A model generated the notes under the pieces. That model was given only the letters and a program-made list of their open reading frames with translations, was not told the DNA's origin and searched no databases. Both the position numbers and the translations under genes were made by a program. 49,982 nucleotides of DNA, taken from contig KZ538744.1 of the NCBI GenBank assembly GCA_000934665.2, forward strand, positions 1-49,982. Direction: 5' to 3'. How positions within the stretch are numbered: the first letter of the stretch is position 1; every line of letters begins with the position of its first letter. The DNA comes from Catajapyx aquilonaris. Lineage: Eukaryota. Positions 42,121 through 49,982 of this stretch are shown piece after piece.

Positions 42121-42321
42121 TATTATGGAAAATTTCCTGAGACTACTGGAGGACAGAGTAAATTATTTTTTTAGTGTGTTAGTTGATGGCATGACCTAAA
42201 AACATTATTATCCTTCAAGGTATTACAAAGGAAAATGTGCGGACTTGTTATATGAATGTAGTAATCTCTTGCCAGTAATGTTTCCAACATGTTCTCCTAA
42301 ATCCCCTGGTTTGATGTCACA

Positions 42322-43463
42322 GCCGGTGCTGGTGGTCTGGTGGTTAGCGCGCTCGCCTCTAGACCCAAAGTTGTGGGTTAGAACCCGGCCGAGGTCAGTG
42401 ACTTTTCTCCGGGTGGTAGAAAAGTGAGAGTGCACCTTCCTTCGGAGGGGAAGTAAAGGCGTCGCACAGAGGGGCAGAATCGAAACCGGTCGGAAAATAA
42501 TTGTTTTTTGAACTTTTTTTTTGGTCTCAGAAGTATGCGATATAGATTATCAGATGACCGGAACTTACTTATCCGAAAAAAAATTGCCTCTGTGGTCGTC
42601 CCGAACCTGTGCAGAGGTCACGAAAGTCTACCTTTTTTGCGTGGGCAAAATGTTTGAGAGGCGTGTGCGTAGTGGCTTAACTTTCACGGGTCGCTATGAG
42701 CGGTGTACATCTCAATTTTGCCAAAACAGCGGTATGGATGTTATTGAATGGATCTTATAGAACGGTAATAAACATTTAATTTCACCAATGAAGTATCAGT
42801 AGGCTCTAAAAATCGGGATGGATCATAGGCTTACACACAAAAATATGACCGCAATTCCAATATAAATATTGAGATACAAATATTATCCCACATTATCCCA
42901 GAATAATTTTTTGCTACATGTGTAGAGGAAAATGTGGGGAATAAGAGCAACCAGAAATGGTTTGCGCATATGGGCGCATTTCGTCACAAGAGTCGGTTTC
43001 TTTTTGCAAGAGACCCGTCATTAATGCAGTTGCTATACAATTCTGCGACAACAGATAATCTTGGTACCGGTACTCTGATGAATGAATCTGCACTCGTATT
43101 ACTAGTTGAACAAACTTTTACAGCTATTACACTTATGAAAAAAAAACTTCCACTAGATTATGTGATATTCAGTGCCCGTATCTAACATTCGGCAATTCTT
43201 CCCCTCTCGCGATCTATTGGAACAGGCTAAAACACCCTTACTTCGCATTTAAATTCAATATTGTGACATACAAGAAGTCGTATGATTTTTTTCCGACACT
43301 TTTCGAATCTGCCCCACTGTGCGTCGGTCCCGCATGCTTGTGACATTGCACGAGTGCACGTTAAAGATCCCCAGAGTGGCCAAATTTCCAGGAGCAGGAC
43401 CACCCCCTGGCGTCGGTGTTGAGCCTAGCGGCAGAAATAGGCTGACGTTAAGCACCCACTAAA
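42322..43463 (+). mobile_element. tRNA-derived SINE interrupted by a Transib insertion
   Basis: Head TGGTCTGGTGG / GGTTAGAACCC; the body resumes after the insertion (GGTCCCGC...CACGTTAAAGATCCCC); 14-bp TSD GGTTTGATGTCACA at 42308-42321 and 43464-43477. Confidence 0.85.
42465..43321. mobile_element. Non-autonomous Transib element
   Basis: Termini CACAGAGGGGCAGAATCGAAA / TTTCGAATCTGCCCCACTGTG; 5-bp GC-rich TSD CGTCG at 42460-42464 and 43322-43326. Confidence 0.85.
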
Positions 43464-45499
43464 GGTTTGATGTCACACAACATAATGAGACGCCCAAGTT
43501 ATGTAATGTACTGTACATCAACCCTACCCTCCCCTACCCAAAGCTAATGCCGTTAAATTTATTTCCTGCCCTCATCTATTATTATTATTACGCAATATTT
43601 GAGCTAACTCGAAGTTGCATTAATAAATAACTATCCTTTAAAAAAAGACAGGTGCCAGAATGCAGACTGAAGGTTGACAAACCAAGTTTTTAATTTCTGT
43701 AGTAGAAGTGTTATTTTTAAAATAGCTAATACATATTGTGTAATATTGTGAACACACAGATTTTGTGTTTGGTTGGTGGTTCATTCTTTGGAAGGGCAAG
43801 AGGTTCACATTTCACAGGTCTAATGGCATTCCCAGGTGAGACACAATGTCATTTTAGCAAAGGAAGGAGTGAACAAAATCACCCCTTGACCTCCTGCATA
43901 AGTTTCTGCATCCATACAGTTGCCTGTCATTAAGAAGAGAGCAAACAATCTCTAAGGTGGAATATTACTTATTTTGTACTTTTCAGCAGCAGCATCAACA
44001 GTCACGACAGTGAGCATAATATTATTGTGGTGATTGCAGTCATTCAATGTACTAGCGATTATTTTGTCTCCAATAAATAGAAAACAGCATTGTTTCCCAT
44101 GTAGGCCTATTTAAACATGTTTCTCAAAACCGGTTTTGAACTGGGTGAAATTTTTAAACAGCTAACTCCAAAATGCAGATTTTTACTTCTCACAAGGGAA
44201 CTGTAAGTGCTGTCAATGGAGTTGCTGTATGAAACTTGGCACAATAATATAGGCAGGTAAGTTATTAAACAAAATGCAAACTGTTTCGGCAAAGCTCTAC
44301 AAGGTCTAAAGTTATGACCTCTCGATGTCAGCCCAGACAGCTTACCTTACGAGCGAAGTTTCAGATATTGCACTTAAAAAAAAGCAGACATTTTATTACA
44401 TCACTGGAAAGGGATAATTACTCTGATTACAAAAAGGCCCCAAGTCACTGGAGGAAGATTTTAAAAACTATCAATTAGTCTAAGACTGCGATTAGTCGAT
44501 TTCCTTACTGCCTCACGATTACAACTAAAACTTTGGTATATGCAATGGGACAATGCCCTTCTACCTAGCCGACAAAAAAATATTTTAAAAAACAGGTTCC
44601 CTCTTTCTCTCTCTCTTTATACCACTTTACACTGTCATATTATACGTAAGATGTGCTCGCTGTACAGACTTGTTTAGATTTGAACACATTGTCACAAACA
44701 GTTGTACACAGGGTGAAGGGAAACTCACGCCCAATCGCCAGGTAGACTTATAGTACTTATAAAACTAATATAATGCAATTAATTTTGGGCGCCGTTGCAT
44801 AGTTATAATGCGTACGGAGCCGTGAAAGTTTTGGGACGTCACGTCCGTTCCGCCAGCTTTGATGAAGCAAAAGTCAGTTCGAGGGCCTCCAGTCCCTTGC
44901 CTTGGTCCCATAACACATCGTCCATGTGCAAAAGGCGATCAAATCCCGTCAGAGGAATGGGTTATGTGGCTGCTAAAAAAAATAATTGAATCAGTTGTTA
45001 CGAAAAGGCCCTACGTGTTGTGAACCAATTTCGACCAATTTCTGAGAAAAACACAAAAAATTGTCCTACCCATTTCCATTATTTTTTCCTTTTGGCGAAG
45101 ATTTATCATACGCAGCAGAGGAATTTGACTGATGCTGTTTTCATTCACCACGCGCGTTGAAACCAAGAAGCAACATGACAGTGTTAGCTCAAAAATTTCA
45201 AATTTTGAAGCAACGGAGAGGGGCCCGTGGAGGACAGTGTTCAATGCCAACATACTACTTGCCCAACACCAATGAAGTTCGCCTAGCACGAAAATCACCT
45301 GCATGTCGATGATACAAATACGAATTACTTGAGAATGAATCATGTTTTAATCACATAACTTATATGCTAATGAGCCACATGGAAGAGCAATGTTGGGGCG
45401 AGATATCAATGCATTTGTCAGTGGAACAAGATGAATACGACAGTATTTATTTAGCGCGCCGGGGGCAATGGAGTTCGCCCAGAGCGCTAAATGTGCCAC

Positions 45500-46310
45500 A
45501 AAGTTCACCTAGAAGCAGGTGACATCGCCATGGGCAGCAATGACGCCCTCCACACAACACGACATGTGTTGAATGAGCTCTGGCACTCGGCTAAAGTGAT
45601 GGTGTCCCGAACCTTCCGTAGTTTGGCCCTCAAGGGATGCCTTGGTGCAAGGATGTGTCCTCGGAAGTACCTTCTTAATGATTTTCCAGTCTATCTCAAT
45701 CGTATTGAGGTCCAGGCTGCTCCATGGCCACGTAGAATGTTAATCCCCTTGTTTTTGCTTTTGCTGTTTTGGCAAGCTGCAACGTCCTGTTGAAATATTC
45801 TTTGACATCCGGATGTAAGGTTGCTATTGAGGGCACACACAGCGGATGGTCTCTCAAAATCTCCTGAAACATGGATGTATCGATGGTGCCACTGATGCTG
45901 TGAAAGTTGCCAAGGCCGACACTACCCATGCATCCCCACACCATAATGCCGTGTGCATATGCACACAGCATTATGGTGTGGGGATGCATACATATGTTTG
46001 ATGGTTCGAGTAAGACATTGGGATGGTACGCCTCTTCCTTTGTTTGCAGTACTCGATTATGGATGTCCCTGTACTGACTAATTCATCGCTAAACTTGACT
46101 AATTCCACATCTGATGTGCCCAATGCTTCCATTCCTTCTCCCAAGCAAGTCTTTTTCCTGTTCCAGTGCCATCAAGAGTGGTTCCTTCTTGCCCTATTGT
46201 CAAGAGGGCAGGTCCTGATCTCATTAATTCCCCGTTAGTCTTTGAGAAGTTACGCATAAAGTTCATCTTCATGTCACGGATGCAGAGTCGACAGGTTGTT
46301 GTGGGGACCA
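45500..46310 (-). pseudogene. Degraded Tc1 (DD34E-type) transposase
   Basis: GIMVWGCMGSVGLG (Tc1 MVWG motif) and a downstream W..SLDLNTIE-like motif; frameshifts and stops. Confidence 0.75.
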
Positions 46311-46363
46311 CCTTTTGGGTCACCTCTGACCATTTTAAAGTTGAAGCAACCTCTGCTCTGAAG

Positions 46364-46707
46364 GGGAGGCAGAGTGGTGCTGCGGTAATGTATGCGCCCA
46401 CGGCGGATGTTAAGGTCCCGGGATCAAATCCCGCCCGGGGACACCCCCTTCATCTCGTGCAGAGTTCAGAGTCACCTCTGGCTTCGTCTCGGGTGGTATT
46501 TCCAACAGACTCAACCACCCGGGGGAGTTCACTAAAAATGGCCACATTAAGACATAGCACTGCACCTTGCACATCCCCTCCTGTCATCCTGCCCATGCCG
46601 GGCGTTTCAAATGAATAGGCACAAAATGTAGGGTACCTCAATAAATAAAGGTCTGTGCGATATGCCCCCGTGTGGGGGCGTGTGGGGGCGAAAGCACATT
46701 ACCCCAG

Positions 46708-46773
<66 letters not shown>
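46364..46773 (+). mobile_element. tRNA-derived SINE with (TAT)n tail, inserted in a hAT remnant
   Basis: 16-bp TSD AACCTCTGCTCTGAAG at 46348-46363 and 46774-46789. Confidence 0.88.
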
Positions 46774-46774
<1 letters not shown>

Positions 46775-47086
46775 ACCTCTGCTCTGAAGTATTTAATACC
46801 ATGTGTACTATTAGGCCTACCTATTTATGTGAAGCAAGTTTTTCGGCATTAACGTCCATGATAACAAAATTAGATCATTGACTCTGTGTTGAGAAAGATC
46901 TCATGCTTAAATTGACGCCGCTTGTCCTGAATATTGTGTGAAAGAAAGAAAACTTGCCCATCACATTAACTAGTTAGTGCCCGCATTTACGATACTGTTG
47001 CTAGGTAACAGGATCGGAGTGGGGGTACAAACTGTCTTCACATATTTGAAAAGGGGTGCGTGACAAAAAAAGTTTTGGAAGCACTG
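46774..47086 (+). pseudogene. hAT (Charlie/Buster-like) transposase 3' remnant
   Basis: PTYLCEASFSALTSM dimerisation-domain motif; terminus AAAAGTTTTGGAAGCACTG. Confidence 0.75.
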
Positions 47087-48587
47087 TTCAATTTTCCAAT
47101 GCTATAAGCTGGATTTGATGCCAATCAGGCAAGCAATTTGAGAAAAAATAATTTTTGTATTTTTTCCACCTGCAAAAATTCAGAAGCTACTTACTCCAAT
47201 AGCAATTTAGCTCGTTGTAATCAGAGTTATTATCCCTTTCCAGTGATATAATAAAATGTCTGCCTTTTTTGATTGCAATATCTGAAACTTCGCTTGTAAG
47301 GTAAGCTTTCCGGGCTGACATCGAGATGTCATAACTTTTGACGTTGTTGCGCTTCGTCGAAACAGTTTGCATTTTGTTTAATAACTTACCTGCCTATATT
47401 ATTGTGCTAAGTTTCATTCAGAAACTCTATTGACACCACTTACAGTTCCCTTATCAGTATTCTCAAGAAGGAAAGCGGCTACATCAGTGGGGTGTAAACT
47501 TGTGATCTCTATAATCTGGTAAGTTGTGGATCCATGGGACTGTTGAAAGAGTCTGTGCATGCTTTACTTGATGGGGTGCCAAACCCTCTGTCGGAGGAAT
47601 TCTTGCAAAAATTGCCATGGTTAGGGCAAATTAAATCATGTGTATATTTAATATATCAATCTTTCTTTACCACTGCCATAAAAACAGTACATCCACGCAC
47701 ATAAATATTCGAAGGGGTGATGATGTCAGTTGGTCGAGTTGGAGCTTTAAAAAAGCAGAGTATAATAATAATGAGGTATGGAATGACACACCCCCCCCCC
47801 CCCCCCNTCCTGACCCCCCACCCCCCCCTCCTGCTCCACACACGTACACACAAACATAGCAGCTCATGGTAAAAGGGAAAGTTCTGTTTTACTGAATATT
47901 GCAAATCTACTCCTGCCTTGATAGCAGGAGCAGGCATGTGAATGCAACCCACGAAAACCACCTCGACAAAGCCTGCCATGATGGAATTAGGAACTGCTGA
48001 TATGAAGCCTCTTCTTTTTCCCATGCATATTCAGAGAACTATCTATATATTTTACTTCCACATCTAAAGTGTGCCTTTGAAAATGAAATGGCTGGGTAGC
48101 CAGATCATTATATATCCTATCAAGGCAGAAATATAGCCTACCCCTGCGTTTATTTATTTGGCACAATATTACCAGCTTCAGGGAGTATAGAATAAATATG
48201 ATGTTTCAAAAGTATTTTTCGACCCCAAAAATGGGAGTAGTAGTGACTTCAGATTTGGCCTCACTTGAGGTCACAGCCAAATGGTCACCAAGAGAGTGCA
48301 CGTTACTACCTGGGCAATGTCCGGTATCCAGCTAGTTATAATATTGTATGATACGTACGTACATGTAATGCCCCACACGAGTGGAAGCATGGGACCAGGA
48401 CTGGATATGTGAGATCCACCTGGCTCTTTCCCATTGACTGATGCATGCTGAAACCCATATCACTCTGATAGCCATATAGCCAAAGCAACAATTCCCACTC
48501 AAGCCCCACATGAGTCACATCCTACATATGGCATTGCAACTACTTGGTCTATAGAAAAGCCTACCCCTCTACTGTAAATGACCTTAC

Positions 48588-48708
48588 CTAATAATTTTAT
48601 CATCCAGATGTCCACTTCACTCCAATCCATGTTGTCAATCTCGTCCTCCTCGAGATCTCTGATGTCCTCGTCCCAGGGGCTACCTGGCTCTGGGTTATTA
48701 CTGTCCAT
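48588..48708 (-). CDS. Candidate distal first coding exon of SMEK (N-terminal extension)
   Basis: ATG at 48708, 40 codons plus G, strong donor AG|GTAAGG; phase 1 matches the open frame of exon 35622-35215; CpG-rich region immediately upstream. Confidence 0.55.
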
Positions 48709-48779
48709 CAGTAATGATGTTCACTGGACATGGACTGTCCCTCGAGTCGGGATTAATTAAAACCTAAGGTTAAAGACGA

Positions 48780-49210
48780 GGAATTGTTCGTGAAACCCTC
48801 GTCCGAGATGCCCACCGGAATGGCACCAGGGAACAATTCTTATTCACTCGCTCCCTCCCCTTCTTTCCCCTCCCCTCCCCTTTTCCTTCGGATTCGAACG
48901 AAAGCGGCCATTTTGTTTTTTAGGTGTGAGCGGCGCGGGGCGGCGTGGAGTCAGGCGACCAGTCCTCTGCTTCTAACCCGAATAAACCGGCACCTTGGGG
49001 GCCATAGCCGCATCCTCCGGTGATTGACCACCGCACCAGGGAGCATACGTACGGTCCTTGGCCGATGCCTCGGCCACCGACCACCGAGCAGTGGAACATG
49101 ATTGACTACAGGTCCAGACGACCGCCACAACCTGTCTGACGATATGTGCTAGCTACACCTTGGGCTACACCTGACGCATCTGACAGTGAGGTAGGCAGTG
49201 ACGTATGTTA
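48780..49210 (-). promoter_or_regulatory. CpG-rich distal promoter
   Basis: High CpG density; YY1-like CAAAATGGCCGC on the - strand at about 48904-48915; GTGACGTA at about 49198-49205. Confidence 0.5.
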
Positions 49211-49982
49211 ACTTGTAGTGCAAGGTTGAGGGAGAACAACAAAACATGTGCAGAAATTTTGCACCCATTTTGTACCACTTTGTACCACCAAGAAAAAGTA
49301 TTGCACCCCTATACAGTTAGAGTTATTATAAGGAAACGAATTTGCGCTTATGGAGTGCAGGTCACTCAAAGTAACGGTTTCTCTGGCCTATCAGATTCTC
49401 CTCATTTTGCACCATTTTGCACCACCAACATCGAGTTTTCCATCCCTCTCCTTATATGCGAAAAAATTGCACTGAAAGCAGCTCAAAGTTTCGCGCGGCA
49501 TTCAAATTGTCATTTTTGGAGGGCACCAAAAAAGTGGTACAAACCACTCCAACTTACATATTTTTTATGAATTAACGCTAGCATATGAGGCCAAAGCAGG
49601 AGAACAGCGCTGAGGAGGAAGACCTGTTGTCCTGCAGGACTATTCAATGGGGATCTGGTAATAATCGTGGCCCTGCCCACAGTTTCTGATGCAACCAGAA
49701 AATGGTACTGACAATGGAAGTGTAAGTGTTGTCCATGGAGTTTCTGAATGAAACTTGGCACAATAATATAGGCAGGTAAGTTATTAAAGAAAATGCAAAC
49801 AATTTACGCGAATGCCCACAAGGTCAAAAGTTATGACCTCTCGAACTCACAAGGGACACTTTCCAAGGTCTCACCGATTTTCTTGAAATTCGGTACATTG
49901 GTAGGCCACCCCAAGGGATGAAAAACGCACCTAAAGTGACCTCTCAAAATGACCCGGTGACCCCTTTTTGGGGGCTACCAAT

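Larger units (their letters stand above)
44194..47452. repeat. Inverted pair of about 240-bp repeats (44194-44435 and 47213-47452); third copy at about 49715-49850
   Basis: Shared core ATGAAACTTGGCACAATAATATAGGCAGGTAAGTTATTAAA..AAATGCAAAC. Confidence 0.75.

Overview
Animal genomic DNA, most likely arthropod (inferred from the protein sequences and transposon content). It contains short GT-AG introns, CpG-poor gene bodies, CpG-rich promoter islands and many MITEs and SINEs. Two genes are confidently recognised. CFAP36/CCDC104 (+, 10747-12150) has 6 exons and encodes 350 aa. The PP4 regulatory subunit 3 gene (PPP4R3/SMEK/falafel; -, CDS 35356-17771) has 9 coding exons and encodes 835 aa. The two are tail-to-tail, as CFAP36 and PPP4R3B are in human. 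Also present are an unidentified + strand coiled-coil gene (about 69-6202) ending in a LIR-like motif, and a candidate micro-protein gene divergent from CFAP36 (-, about 10377-7323). A distal exon (48588-48708) would add about 129 aa in frame to the N-terminus of SMEK. Introns hold non-autonomous elements of many superfamilies (mariner fold-back, Tc1, pogo-like, Kolobok-like, hAT, piggyBac-like, PIF/Harbinger, Transib with RSS-like ends, Sola-like, tRNA-SINEs, a truncated LINE), several nested. No prokaryotic features, CRISPR arrays or genuine tRNA/rRNA genes were seen. All exon models were assembled by eye and need RNA-seq confirmation.
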